From contig CAXXGI010000001.1 of assembly GCA_963674695.2 (NCBI GenBank), forward strand, positions 864,001 to 928,000: a stretch of DNA of 64,000 bases. The letters run 5' to 3'. Shown here one piece after another: positions 9,609 to 19,880 of the stretch. Source of the stretch: a bacterium (GTDB lineage: Bacteria > UBA10199 > 2-02-FULL-44-16 > JAAZCA01). The translations under genes and the position numbers were made by a program. How positions within the stretch are numbered: position 1 is the first letter of the stretch; each line of letters starts with the position of its first letter. The notes under the pieces were generated by a model. The model was not told where the DNA came from and did not search any database. It was given only the letters and a program-made list of their open reading frames with translations.

Positions 9609-10283
9609 TCAGTCCTCATCACCCGACATATGCTCGTCGAGCTTCTCGCGAATATCTCGCTCGTGATCGCGGCGAAACCTTTCGAACTTCATGATCTCGG
9701 TAAGCGACGCCCCCTCGACGACGCTCGCATAGACCTTGGCGTCGACCTGTTTTATCTCTGCGGCAACGGCGAGCACCGATTCGATCTCGGAGGCGGGCAC
9801 GACGACGATGCCGTCGCCATCGCCGAAGATCCAGTCGCCCTCCATGACGGTGACGCCGCAGACCGAGACGACCGAGGTCGGCGGCTCGATGACATCAGCG
9901 CGCCCGGCGCGCGGGTTGACCCAACGGTAGTAGACGGGAAAGTTGATCTTGCGAATCCCCTCGACATGGTGGACCGAGCCATCGATGAGCGCGCCGGCCA
10001 ACCCCCGGCGTTTGGCCTCGGCCGCGAGCATCTCGCCGAAAACGGCCAACGATTGTCTGCCGCCGTCGACGACGAGCACATCCCCTTCGGCGGCTTCAGA
10101 GAGCCCCTTGATCACGGTGAGATAGTCGTTGGTGCACCGAATCGTATGCGCGCGCCCGACCATCGTGAGCGACGGATTGACCGGCACGAGCCCGGGTGCC
10201 AGGGCCTGCACGAGCGGCGACGCATCGCAGAGCGCGGGGCTATCGAGTCCGGAAAAGGCCTTTCGGATCTGTTTGTCATCCAT
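9609..10283 (-). CDS. RraA family / HMG-CHA aldolase-like protein
   Basis: ALCDA, MVGRAHT, GDVLVVDG, FGEML, GALIDG and GDWIFGDGDGIVVVP. AGGAGG RBS before the ATG at 10283. Confidence 0.85.
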   Translation of the reverse strand: MDDKQIRKAFSGLDSPALCDASPLVQALAPGLVPVNPSLTMVGRAHTIRCTNDYLTVIKGLSEAAEGDVLVVDGGRQSLAVFGEMLAAEAKRRGLAGALIDGSVHHVEGIRKINFPVYYRWVNPRAGRADVIEPPTSVVSVCGVTVMEGDWIFGDGDGIVVVPASEIESVLAVAAEIKQVDAKVYASVVEGASLTEIMKFERFRRDHERDIREKLDEHMSGDED

Positions 10284-10393
10284 AACCACCTCCTGATGCC
10301 CTGCGTAACATTGGATTGATGGGGGAGCAACGATATTACGAAAGGACCAAAGAGCTCTTGCGCCCCTTTCGCCCCTCGCCCTTCGCCTTTCGG

Positions 10394-12817
10394 TCAGTTC
10401 CGGTGAATCTTCAGATTCGTCCCCGGGCGAACTTTGGAGGGATTGGAGAGGTCGTTCCACTTCTTGAGCTGTGCGATCGTCACGCGATGACGGCGCGCAA
10501 TATCCCAGAGCGTATCGCCGGGACGAACCCGGTAGGTGAGCTTGGTGTTCGCGGAACCATTCGTCGATGCGAGATTTTCCGACGCCGCCTTTGGTGTGGA
10601 GGAGGAAGGGGCCTTGGCCGCACCCGACTTCTTGATGATGAGAGATTGTCCCGCGCGAACTGATTTTGGATTTCGAATCTTGTTCCAGGCCATGATCTCT
10701 TTTGTCGTCACGCCGTGCCGATTGGCGATCCCTCCGAGCGTCTCGCCCGACTTGACCGTATATCGCGCAGCCCGTGTTGGCGCCGCCGTCGTTGCGGATG
10801 TCGTCTTCGTCGGAGCAGAGGAAGCGACGGCGCTCGACCCACCTCGAATGACGAGTTTGGCTCCGGCGCGCACGCGCCGTGGATCACGGATATCGTTCCA
10901 CTGCATGATCTGCTTCGTCGAAACGCCATGGATCTCGGCAACATGCCCCAGCGTCTGGCCGGGTTTGAGCACGTGCGTTCGTTTGGCCGTCGTCGTTTCC
11001 GGTCGCGCAGCCAACTTCATCGCCGTGGTCTCCGGCAACACCGCTTCCTCTCCCGCAGGCTCCTTCACCGCCGCCGAAGCGACGGGATTCGCCGAACCAC
11101 CGCGAATGACGAGTTTCTGGCCCGCGCGCACGCGCCGCGGATTTCGAATCTTGTTCCAGGCCATGAGCTGCTTGGTCGAAACCCCATGGGCCTCGGCCAC
11201 GTGCCCCAACGTCTGCCCGGATTTGAGCACGACCGTTCGCGTCGCGCTCTCAGGCGTGGCCTCCGGCATCGCCTGGGAGAGATCGATCGCCGTCGTCGTC
11301 CCCGCCCGCGCGATCTTTTCCTTCTTGCCGCCATAGACGGTGAGTTTGGCCCCCGCGCGCACGCGCCGCGGATCATTGATCTCGTTCCAGGCCATAAGCT
11401 GCTTGGTCGAAACGCCATAGGCCTCGGCCACGTGCCCTAATGTCTCGCCGCGCTTGAGGGTATGATACCCCTCGCCCCCCGCTCGTGCCACGCGCGTCTT
11501 TCCGGAACCACCGCGAACGCGTTGATAGACCTTGAGCCGCTGCCCTTTGCGCACCGTCAGGTGTCGGTTCAAATTATTCCATCGCTTGAGCTGCCCCACC
11601 GTCACGCCATACTTTCGCGCGATCGTACCGGCGGTCTCGCCCCCGCGCACCTTGTGGCGCACGAGTTTATTCGTAGACGATGAACGCGACGCCTGAACCT
11701 TCGCATAGCGCGCATAGGCCCCGCCCGAGGGGATGACCAACTTGCGCCCCCGCCGCAGGTGTTTTGAGGAGCTGATATTGTTCGCCCGTTTGAGCGCCGA
11801 AACGCTCACCCCATGCAGACGCGCGATCTTGGAGAGCGTATCCCCTTTTCGCACCTTATGATAGGCGACCTGAATGCGCTGATCCTTCGGAAGCTTGGCA
11901 TACTGTTTGTGGAATTGTTTCGTCGTCCCCTGGGGCAATCGGACGGTATAATTCTTCTCCCCGGGAGGCGTCGCCCCCTGATGCAGGTGGGCATTGAGTT
12001 CAAAGACCTCTTCCTCATTAGCTCCTGCACACTTGGCCACGACGGCGAGATCGGTCTGGGTTTCGACCGCTACCACTTCGAAAGCGATCGGCTTATTGTA
12101 TTCGATATCGTTGAATCCAAAGCGCTCCGGCATCTTCGCGATGATGGCCGCCGCGATAAACTTGGGCACATAGTCGCGCGTCTCAGCACGAAGCGCCCGG
12201 CGATGCTTCGCGATCTTCCAGAAATCCTTACTGCCGGTCATCTTGATGGCCTTGCGCACACGGCCCTCGCCGGCATTGTACCCGGCCATGGCCAGATACC
12301 AGTCGCCGAACTCATCGTGGAGATCTCGAAAATAGGCGATGGCCGCACGCGTCGCCTTGGTGGGGTTACAGCGTTCGTCCACCCAGCCATCGATGCGAAG
12401 CTTATAGCGACGACCGGTTCCGCGAATAAACTGCCAGGGACCGACCGCACTCGCATGCGACCGCGCGCGGATGTTGAACCCGCTCTCGATCAGGGCAATG
12501 TAGACCAGATCCTCCGGCATCCCCTCTTCACGCAACATCTTGCGCATGGCCGGCACGTACCGACCTGAGCGTTGCAGATAGCGGTTCATGTGTTTGCGAC
12601 CTGTCCCCTGAAAATAGTCGAGCCAAGCCTCAACGCGGTCGTTGATGACGATGGGAATATCGAATTGGGGGAGATTTTTGAGGTCATGAACATTGGAATA
12701 GCGCCCATGTCGAGGGGCCTTCCCCGAGCAAGCGCCGAAAAGAGCGAGAACACAGATCACGACACCCATTCGCTTGAGCAGCTGTCCCGTACGCGGCATT
12801 GCCATTCCTTTCGTCAT
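10394..12817 (-). CDS. mltD: MltD-like lytic transglycosylase lipoprotein with seven LysM domains
   Basis: Lipobox LFGAC; SLT motifs ALIESGF, AVGPWQF, AGYNAGEG and ETRDYVPK; seven LysM repeats. Confidence 0.88.
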   Translation of the reverse strand: MTKGMAMPRTGQLLKRMGVVICVLALFGACSGKAPRHGRYSNVHDLKNLPQFDIPIVINDRVEAWLDYFQGTGRKHMNRYLQRSGRYVPAMRKMLREEGMPEDLVYIALIESGFNIRARSHASAVGPWQFIRGTGRRYKLRIDGWVDERCNPTKATRAAIAYFRDLHDEFGDWYLAMAGYNAGEGRVRKAIKMTGSKDFWKIAKHRRALRAETRDYVPKFIAAAIIAKMPERFGFNDIEYNKPIAFEVVAVETQTDLAVVAKCAGANEEEVFELNAHLHQGATPPGEKNYTVRLPQGTTKQFHKQYAKLPKDQRIQVAYHKVRKGDTLSKIARLHGVSVSALKRANNISSSKHLRRGRKLVIPSGGAYARYAKVQASRSSSTNKLVRHKVRGGETAGTIARKYGVTVGQLKRWNNLNRHLTVRKGQRLKVYQRVRGGSGKTRVARAGGEGYHTLKRGETLGHVAEAYGVSTKQLMAWNEINDPRRVRAGAKLTVYGGKKEKIARAGTTTAIDLSQAMPEATPESATRTVVLKSGQTLGHVAEAHGVSTKQLMAWNKIRNPRRVRAGQKLVIRGGSANPVASAAVKEPAGEEAVLPETTAMKLAARPETTTAKRTHVLKPGQTLGHVAEIHGVSTKQIMQWNDIRDPRRVRAGAKLVIRGGSSAVASSAPTKTTSATTAAPTRAARYTVKSGETLGGIANRHGVTTKEIMAWNKIRNPKSVRAGQSLIIKKSGAAKAPSSSTPKAASENLASTNGSANTKLTYRVRPGDTLWDIARRHRVTIAQLKKWNDLSNPSKVRPGTNLKIHRN

Positions 12818-12878
12818 TCCCCTCGGAAAGCCATACTCCTTCTACTATAGCGCAGCGATTCTCGAGGTGTCCAGGTCA

Positions 12879-12905
12879 TTATCCGACATATCCCTGGAAA
12901 GTTGC
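12879..12905 (-). promoter_or_regulatory. Putative alternative-sigma promoter GCAAC-N14-TCGGATAA upstream of mltD
   Basis: Variant of the recurrent motif, about 60 nt upstream of the start codon. Confidence 0.4.
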
Positions 12906-12971
12906 GTCCTTTTTATCCCTCCCTGACGAACATGAGGCCCGCCAGGAAGGGGGGAACGGTCGAGGGCCCCA

Positions 12972-14270
12972 TCAATCAGCCTGTTTCCGCAAAAACGTCG
13001 GAATGTCGTACTCGTCGTTCTGATATTCGAGCACACCGATATCCCGAGCGATATCCTTGAGTTCGTCCTTGATGTCCTGCGTCTTGAGCGTCGTCTCGAC
13101 CCTTCGCTCCATCACCGCCGGCGAATGCCGACTCGCCCCGGTCGGAAACGGTGCTGCTGCGCTCGTCGATACCGTAGGAGCTGTAGCCACCGGTGCCGCC
13201 GGGATGGCTGGTGCCGTGCTACGGATGTGGCCCGCACTGGAAAGCGTCTTCCGGTTCGAGGGAACCTGCGCCGGCGTCCTGTTCACCGCCGCGTGCCGGA
13301 AGGCCTTTCCCAAGGGCTTGTTGAAACCGGTCGCGATGACCGTGACGCGCATCTCCTCCTCCATCGACTCGTCGATCACAGCCCCGAAGAGGATATTGGC
13401 ATCGTCGTGCGCCTCCTCCTGGATGATCTTGGAGGCTTCGCTGATCTCGTGCAGCGTCATGTCGGCCCCGCCGGTGATGTTGATCAGAATGCCCGTCGCG
13501 CCCTTGATGCTGGTGTCTTCGAGCAGTGGACTCGAGATCGCCTTCGTGGCGGCATCGAGCGAACGACCTTCGCCGATGGCGGTACCGGTCCCCATGAGCG
13601 CCATCCCCATCTCGTTCATCACGGTGCGCACATCAGCGAAGTCGAGGTTGATGAGCCCATGCACGGTGATGAGATCGGAGATCCCCTTCACCGCCTGATA
13701 AAGGACGGCATCGGCCTGCTTGAAGGCGTTGACGACCGTCACATCATGCGCCACCACCCCGAGAAGTTTTTCATTCGGAATGGTGATGAGCGTGTCGACC
13801 GCGTCGCGCAGTTCCGCCAACCCCTTCTCCGCCTGATAGGAACGCTGCTTTCCCTCGAAGGTAAAGGGCTTGGTCACCACGCCGACGGTGAGTGCCCCCA
13901 TCTCCTTGGCGAGACGCGCGATCACCGGCGCACCGCCGGTCCCGGTTCCGCCGCCCATGCCGGCGGTGATGAAGACCATGTCCGCGCCGTTCAAGTGTTC
14001 AGCGATGGCGCGCTGGTCCTCGATGGCGGCGTTGCGTCCGACTTCCGGATTGGCCCCCGCACCGAGCCCCTTGGTGAGTTCGCGACCGATCTGAATCTTG
14101 ATCGCCGACCGGTTGTTCGACAGCGCCTGCATGTCGGTATTGGTCGCGATGAATTCAACGCCGTCGAGACCGAACTCGACCATCGTATTCACTGCGTTAC
14201 CGCCACCGCCACCGACGCCGACGACCCGAATCTTTGCACTCTGATTATTGTTCTCCACGAGTTCAAACAT
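12972..14270 (-). CDS. ftsZ: Cell division protein FtsZ
   Basis: [28 protein letters not shown] and C-terminal [21 protein letters not shown] before the ATG at 14270. Confidence 0.98.
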   Translation of the reverse strand: MFELVENNNQSAKIRVVGVGGGGGNAVNTMVEFGLDGVEFIATNTDMQALSNNRSAIKIQIGRELTKGLGAGANPEVGRNAAIEDQRAIAEHLNGADMVFITAGMGGGTGTGGAPVIARLAKEMGALTVGVVTKPFTFEGKQRSYQAEKGLAELRDAVDTLITIPNEKLLGVVAHDVTVVNAFKQADAVLYQAVKGISDLITVHGLINLDFADVRTVMNEMGMALMGTGTAIGEGRSLDAATKAISSPLLEDTSIKGATGILINITGGADMTLHEISEASKIIQEEAHDDANILFGAVIDESMEEEMRVTVIATGFNKPLGKAFRHAAVNRTPAQVPSNRKTLSSAGHIRSTAPAIPAAPVATAPTVSTSAAAPFPTGASRHSPAVMERRVETTLKTQDIKDELKDIARDIGVLEYQNDEYDIPTFLRKQAD

Positions 14271-14339
14271 GTGTAACCTCCCCTTTTCGTTATTCGCCAT
14301 TCACAGTTTCGTCGTTCGCCTTTCAGAGACGAATAACGG

Positions 14340-15566
14340 TTAGAAGATCTCCCCGAGCCATTCCTTCATCCGACCCTTGACCTTGCTGTAGACCTTGCGA
14401 TCGCGGATCTGAAAGCGCTTTTCCTGGCTGGAACGTGCGCCAACCTGCACCAAGCCCACGCCCGTGGCATACATCGGATTGCGCACCACATCGACGAGCC
14501 CCCCGATGCGTTTGGGTTCGCCCAGCCGCACCGGCATGTTGAAGATCTGTTCGGCCAGATCCTGCGCACCCTCGAGCATGGAGCTTCCTCCCGTGAGGAC
14601 GAGGCCGGCGGCCACCATATCCTCATAGCCGGACCGCACCAACTCCTGCTGCACGAGGGTGAAGATCTCCTCCATGCGCGGCTCGAGGATTTCGGAGAGA
14701 ATCTGCCGTGAGAGCACGCGCGGCGTGCGTCCACCGACGCTGGGAACCTCGATCGTCTCGTCCTGATGCACGAGCCCGGCCATGCAGCACCCATACTTCT
14801 GCTTGATCTTCTCCGCCTCGTGCGCAGGCGTGCGCAGCCCGACCGCCACGTCGTTGGTCAGATGATTGCCGCCGAGGGTGAGCACGGAGGTATGCATGAG
14901 CGACCCATTGCAGAAGAGCGCCATATCGGTCGTGCCGCCGCCGACATCGATGAGCACCACGCCCAGTTCCTTCTCATCGGAGGAGAGCACCGCCTCGGAG
15001 GAAGCGAGCTGCTGGAGGATGATGTCGTTGACGTTGAGCCCCGCGCGATTACAGCACTTGATGATATTCTGCGCCGAGGTGACCGCCCCCGTCACGATGT
15101 GCACCTTCGCTTCCAGACGCACGCCGCTCATCCCGACCGGATCGCGCACGCCGTCCTGATCGTCCACGATGAACTGTTGAGGGATGACGTGAATGACCTC
15201 ACGATCGAGCGGAATGGAGACCGCCTGCGCCGCATCGATCACGCGATCGACATCCGGCTCGGAGACCTCCTTCTCCTTGATCGCAACGATACCATGGCTG
15301 TTGAGCCCCTTGATGTGTCCGCCGGCGATGCCCGCAAACGCAGAGGTGATCTCGCAGCCGGCCATCAACTCGGCCTCCTCGACCGCTTTGCGAATCGAGT
15401 TGACCGTGCTGTCGATGTTGACCACCACCCCCTTGCGCAACCCCTTGGACGGGTGGGTGCCGATGCCGACAATGTCGATCCCGTTCTCGGTCGCCTCCCC
15501 GACGATACAACAGATTTTGGTGGTTCCGATGTCGAGCCCCACCACCAGCTCCTCGCGTCTTGCCAT
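14340..15566 (-). CDS. ftsA: Cell division protein FtsA
   Basis: VGLDIGTTKIC, GMSGVRLE, IDVGGGTTD, YATGVGL. Confidence 0.97.
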   Translation of the reverse strand: MARREELVVGLDIGTTKICCIVGEATENGIDIVGIGTHPSKGLRKGVVVNIDSTVNSIRKAVEEAELMAGCEITSAFAGIAGGHIKGLNSHGIVAIKEKEVSEPDVDRVIDAAQAVSIPLDREVIHVIPQQFIVDDQDGVRDPVGMSGVRLEAKVHIVTGAVTSAQNIIKCCNRAGLNVNDIILQQLASSEAVLSSDEKELGVVLIDVGGGTTDMALFCNGSLMHTSVLTLGGNHLTNDVAVGLRTPAHEAEKIKQKYGCCMAGLVHQDETIEVPSVGGRTPRVLSRQILSEILEPRMEEIFTLVQQELVRSGYEDMVAAGLVLTGGSSMLEGAQDLAEQIFNMPVRLGEPKRIGGLVDVVRNPMYATGVGLVQVGARSSQEKRFQIRDRKVYSKVKGRMKEWLGEIF

Positions 15567-15641
15567 ATGCCCTCCCCCTTTCTGCCGTCGTCCAGCCCAG
15601 GGGTTGATGCACCCCTTCGGGAGTTCCATGAACCTCTGGAC

Positions 15642-16439
15642 CTACGACGTCTGATACCTGACGATGATTCGCCCATTCTCGTTTGCCATCATATATCGTA
15701 TCCGCCCCGGCCAGCGCGCGATCGCCCGATGGACGCGATCGATCGCCTGCACGCGCTCGGCAGGGCGTTCCATCCCCAACACGACCTGCATCGGTGGATC
15801 GGAAGTCACCACCGAATATCCGCGAACCGGATCGTAGTTCACCTCTGCAATCGTTTGCTCCCCTCCAAACCGAGAGGAGGCGAACGCATCCATCACCTGA
15901 AGCATCGTGGCTACCTGCCCGCGCCCCTCATCGGTGAGTTTGTCATGTTCATCGAGCGCCACTCCGGTGAGCGCGGGATAGCTGCGATCATCTTCGGACT
16001 CCAGACGTTTGAAGATATCCCCACGATCGTCGACATAGAAAAACCCCTGGCCTGCGATAATCGCTGCCGGCCGATACTCCTCGACATAGACCCAGAGGGT
16101 GTCGGGCAAGCGCCGACGCACCGCACTCGCACGAACCCAGGGGTCGCTGCGCAACCGATCGTGCACGTCGGTGACGTCGATGAAGAAGAGGTTGTCCCCC
16201 TGATGGACGCCGGTGCGCGTCGCAACGGCCTCGGCGCTCAGGTGACTCCACACCCCTTCCACCATAATCCGGTCGACCGCGAAGGCCTCGCCCAAAAAAA
16301 CCAACCGATAGAGGCCATACACACCCGCCAACCCCGCGAGCACGATCGCCGTCGACAGCAGAATGCGCTCGACCTGCTTGAGTCGCCCCTTCCACTGGCT
16401 CTTGCGCCGCACTTCCTGTCGCTCTAAAAAGACATCCAT
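15642..16439 (-). CDS. ftsQ: Cell division protein FtsQ/DivIB (start uncertain; alternative GTG at 16493)
   Basis: Single TM helix, POTRA-like PWVRASAVRRRLPDTL.V.V.E, located between ddl and ftsA. Confidence 0.88.
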   Translation of the reverse strand: MDVFLERQEVRRKSQWKGRLKQVERILLSTAIVLAGLAGVYGLYRLVFLGEAFAVDRIMVEGVWSHLSAEAVATRTGVHQGDNLFFIDVTDVHDRLRSDPWVRASAVRRRLPDTLWVYVEEYRPAAIIAGQGFFYVDDRGDIFKRLESEDDRSYPALTGVALDEHDKLTDEGRGQVATMLQVMDAFASSRFGGEQTIAEVNYDPVRGYSVVTSDPPMQVVLGMERPAERVQAIDRVHRAIARWPGRIRYMMANENGRIIVRYQTS

Positions 16440-16516
16440 TCGTGAACGGTGAACGGTAAACGGTAAACGGTGCGCCTTGGCATTTCTGCTCACGGTTCAC
16501 CGTTTACGGTTCACGA

Positions 16517-17461
16517 TTACACCAAAACCTTCAGCCTCGCGCCGTCGAGGAGCTCTTCGCAGACATCGTCGAAGGAGAGCCCCTCGTATGCGGCCGCCAT
16601 CGGCACGAGTGAGAGTTCGGTCATGCCGGGGATCGTATTGATCTCCAGAAAAACCTCCCCCCCTTCATCGGGAACGATGAAATCGGCGCGCGCGGTCCCC
16701 TCGCATTCGAGCATGGCCGCCACCGTTTCGCTCCATCCCTGCAAGCGCCCCGCCACATCCGCATCGATGCGCGCGGGGACGATATATTCAGTCATCCCCT
16801 TCGTGTACTTCGATGCGTAGTCGTAGAATCCACCCTTCGGCGCAATCTCGAGCGGCGTGAGCGCACGCCCATTGATGAGTCCTACGGTCACCTCACGCCC
16901 AGCGATATAGCGCTCGACCAAAATCTTCGCATCGGACTGCGCCGCCTGCGAAAGTGCCGCCGCGAGTTCATCGCGTGCATGCACGATCGACATGTTGATC
17001 GTCGACCCCTCGCGCGCAGGCTTGACCACGACGGGAAGATCGATATTCAGATCGGCGGCAAACGCGGCTGCATCATCGAAAGCACTCTGAAAACAGACCT
17101 CGTGCGGAATCGGAATGCCCATCTCCTCGACCAACCGATTGCAGATCGCTTTGTCCATCGCCACTGCCGACCCCATCACGCCGGCGCCGGTATAGGGAAT
17201 GCGCAACACCTCGAGCAGACCCTGCACACAGCCATCCTCACCGAAGCGTCCGTGCAGGGCGATGAGCGCCACATCGGGCCGATCCTCCTCGATCGCCTGT
17301 ACCAGTATCGCCCCATCGGTGTAGTCGATACGTCGCACCGCATATCCTCGGCGGTCCAGCCCATCAGCGATGGCGTTTCCCGTGCGGAGCGCGATCTCCC
17401 GTTCACGGGAGATGCCCCCCATGATCACCGCCACTTTTTTCTCTTTCCATCGACCTGCCAT
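16517..17461 (-). CDS. ddl: D-alanine--D-alanine ligase
   Basis: GGISREREI, LHGRFGEDG, VKPAREGS, FYDYASKY, LEINTIPG. Confidence 0.96.
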   Translation of the reverse strand: MAGRWKEKKVAVIMGGISREREIALRTGNAIADGLDRRGYAVRRIDYTDGAILVQAIEEDRPDVALIALHGRFGEDGCVQGLLEVLRIPYTGAGVMGSAVAMDKAICNRLVEEMGIPIPHEVCFQSAFDDAAAFAADLNIDLPVVVKPAREGSTINMSIVHARDELAAALSQAAQSDAKILVERYIAGREVTVGLINGRALTPLEIAPKGGFYDYASKYTKGMTEYIVPARIDADVAGRLQGWSETVAAMLECEGTARADFIVPDEGGEVFLEINTIPGMTELSLVPMAAAYEGLSFDDVCEELLDGARLKVLV

Positions 17462-17462
17462 A

Positions 17463-18356
17463 TCACTTCTCCCCGATGACGCTGATCGTCGGTTCCAAAA
17501 CGACATCCGCTCCGTCACGCACGCGATCTCGCACGAGGCTCACGAGCACGGCAACATCGCGCGCACGCGCCTGCTCCGTCAGGATGATCACGTTGGCATC
17601 CTCGTCCCAGATGCGTGCCCCCCCGACGCGCACGCCGATGAGCCCCACCTCGTCGATGAGGGTGGCGGCAGAAACCCGGGCGTCGTCGTGAAAGACATGC
17701 GCGATATGCATCAGCTCCGCCGGCGTCTGCGTCGAAGCGCGTGACTCCTGTTCGGCAACACCCTCCTTGCGCGCGAGACGAAACCGAACCCGCAGAAGAG
17801 CCACCGTGCGGGGAATCTTGATGAGCCCCCGATCGCGATTGATGCCCGTCCCCTTCATCGTCAACTCGCGTCCATCGCGCATCAGGATCGTGATCTCCTC
17901 GACGGCGTCGGCCAGACCCACCACGCCGCGGATGAGCGCACCAGCCACCGTACCGCGATATCCGAAGGCCATCTCGACCCCGGAGAGAGACTGTCCCTCG
18001 CAGAGATGCACCAGATCCTGTACCGGCGCTCCCGCGCCGACGATGGCGAAGGTCGCATCCCCTTCGACCTGCACCTGGGGCGCCTGCGCAAAGGCAACGC
18101 TCATCTGAATGGCCAGACCGTGCATACCGCCCTCGCGGACGACGAGTCCGCCGCCACAGCCCCAGAAGCGATAGTCCACCTCCTGCTCACTCGCCCATGC
18201 GAGTACGCGCTTGAGCTCCTCGCGATCGGCCGGCATCACAAGCGCCTCAATCGCGCCGCCCACACCGTGGGAGCAGTGCGCCGCCATCGACGCATCAAAG
18301 CACACGCGCTCCTCGGAAAGAATCGCCTGCAGTTCTTCTCGCTGCTCGCGGCTCAA
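17463..18356 (-). CDS. murB: MurB-like FAD-binding protein with degenerate active site (probable TTG start)
   Basis: Position between murC and ddl. MurB scaffold is visible (GVGGA, V.AGA, G.RVGGARI...ANVI, GV.LEP), but conserved motifs are altered. Confidence 0.7.
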   Translation of the reverse strand: MSREQREELQAILSEERVCFDASMAAHCSHGVGGAIEALVMPADREELKRVLAWASEQEVDYRFWGCGGGLVVREGGMHGLAIQMSVAFAQAPQVQVEGDATFAIVGAGAPVQDLVHLCEGQSLSGVEMAFGYRGTVAGALIRGVVGLADAVEEITILMRDGRELTMKGTGINRDRGLIKIPRTVALLRVRFRLARKEGVAEQESRASTQTPAELMHIAHVFHDDARVSAATLIDEVGLIGVRVGGARIWDEDANVIILTEQARARDVAVLVSLVRDRVRDGADVVLEPTISVIGEK

Positions 18357-18394
18357 ACGCTTGTCCGTCTCCTGCTCGCGTTCGAAGCGCGCTC

Positions 18395-19783
18395 TCAGCC
18401 GCGGCGAGATCCCCGAGAGGTCAAGCCCTTCGAGAAAGCCTTCGCCGTCTGCGTGATGTTCCCCGCTCCCAGGAAGAGGATCACATCCTCCTTCCGGCAC
18501 CAGGGCCCCAGCGTCGACAGCACGTTCTCCATCGTCGGAGCAAAGGCCGCCATCTTCTTCGGGTACCGTTTGCACAGCTCTTTCCATAGTCGTTCTCCTG
18601 TATAGGTTTTGCGAGGTCTCTCCCCCGCCGGATAGACGTCCATCACCACGATCGCATCCGCTTCGCGCAGTGCGGTCAGAAATTCATCGAAGTGTGCTGC
18701 AAGCCGTGAATAGCGATGCGGCTGAATGACCGCCACGATCCGCGCCTTCGGCCACCCGGAACGCGCCGCCGCGAGCGTCGCCTGGATCTCGGCCGGGTGA
18801 TGCGCATAGTCGTCGACCACGATGGGCCCAGTGCGCTTGAGGATTTGAAAACGCCGTTTCACGCCGGTGAACCCCCGCAGGGCAGAGCGCACGGTCGCAA
18901 AGGGGATGTCCAGGTGACGCGCCACCGCGATCGTCGCCAGGGCATTGAGCGCATGATGCGAACCGGTCATGTTGAGCGTCACCGCCCCCATGAGATCGCC
19001 GCGATAGAGCACCTCGAAGGAGAGGCGATCGGCCTTCTGCACGATGCGCCGTGCGATATAGTCCGCGCCCTTGCCCCCATAGGTGATGCAGGGACGGGTC
19101 ATGCGCGGCAGCAGACGGCGCACGACCGGACAAGCGCTGCAGGCGACGATCGCCCCATAGAAGGGAACCTTTTCGGCGAACGCGACGAACGAGCCGGTCA
19201 GATCGCTGAAGTCCCGATAGTTCTCCATGTGTTCCCGATCGATATTCGTGATGACCCCGACCGTCGGCGTGAGTTTCAGGAAGGATCGATCGGATTCGTC
19301 CGCCTCGGCGACGAGAAAATCACCGCGCCCGAGCTTGGCATTCGAACGAAGGCTGTTGACCTTGCCCCCGATGATGAGCGTGGGATCGAACCCCGCGCGA
19401 TCGAGGACGCAGCCGATAAGCGAGGTCGTCGAGGTCTTGCCGTGCGTACCGGCCACCGCCACGCCGTACTTCAAGCGCATGAGTTCCGCCAGCATTTCGG
19501 CGCGCCCGACGACGGCGATGCCGGCGCGAACCGCTGCGCGCACCTCGGGGTTTGTCTCCGCAACCGCCGAAGAGATCACCACGACGTGTGCACCCTCGAT
19601 ATGCTTCCCCTTATGCCCGAGGAAGATCCGCGCGCCCAGACGCTTGAGGCGCTTGGTCGTATCGCTCGCCTTGATGTCGGAGCCCGTCACGCGATAGCCG
19701 AGCGTGAGCAGGACCTCGGCGATGCCGCTCATGCCGATGCCGCCGATGCCGACGAAGTGAATCTGTTGGTACTTTTTAAACAT
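18395..19783 (-). CDS. murC: UDP-N-acetylmuramate--L-alanine ligase
   Basis: HFVGIGGIGMSGIA, GTHGKTST, EADESD, DDYAHHP, QPHRYSR. Confidence 0.97.
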   Translation of the reverse strand: MFKKYQQIHFVGIGGIGMSGIAEVLLTLGYRVTGSDIKASDTTKRLKRLGARIFLGHKGKHIEGAHVVVISSAVAETNPEVRAAVRAGIAVVGRAEMLAELMRLKYGVAVAGTHGKTSTTSLIGCVLDRAGFDPTLIIGGKVNSLRSNAKLGRGDFLVAEADESDRSFLKLTPTVGVITNIDREHMENYRDFSDLTGSFVAFAEKVPFYGAIVACSACPVVRRLLPRMTRPCITYGGKGADYIARRIVQKADRLSFEVLYRGDLMGAVTLNMTGSHHALNALATIAVARHLDIPFATVRSALRGFTGVKRRFQILKRTGPIVVDDYAHHPAEIQATLAAARSGWPKARIVAVIQPHRYSRLAAHFDEFLTALREADAIVVMDVYPAGERPRKTYTGERLWKELCKRYPKKMAAFAPTMENVLSTLGPWCRKEDVILFLGAGNITQTAKAFSKGLTSRGSRRG

Positions 19784-19880
19784 AAGCTCGTGGTCTCGTA
19801 AATCGTGGTCTCGTGGTCTCGTGAATCGTGAGATCGTGGGGTCGTTTAAAAACGAGACCACGAGACCACGATTCACGATC

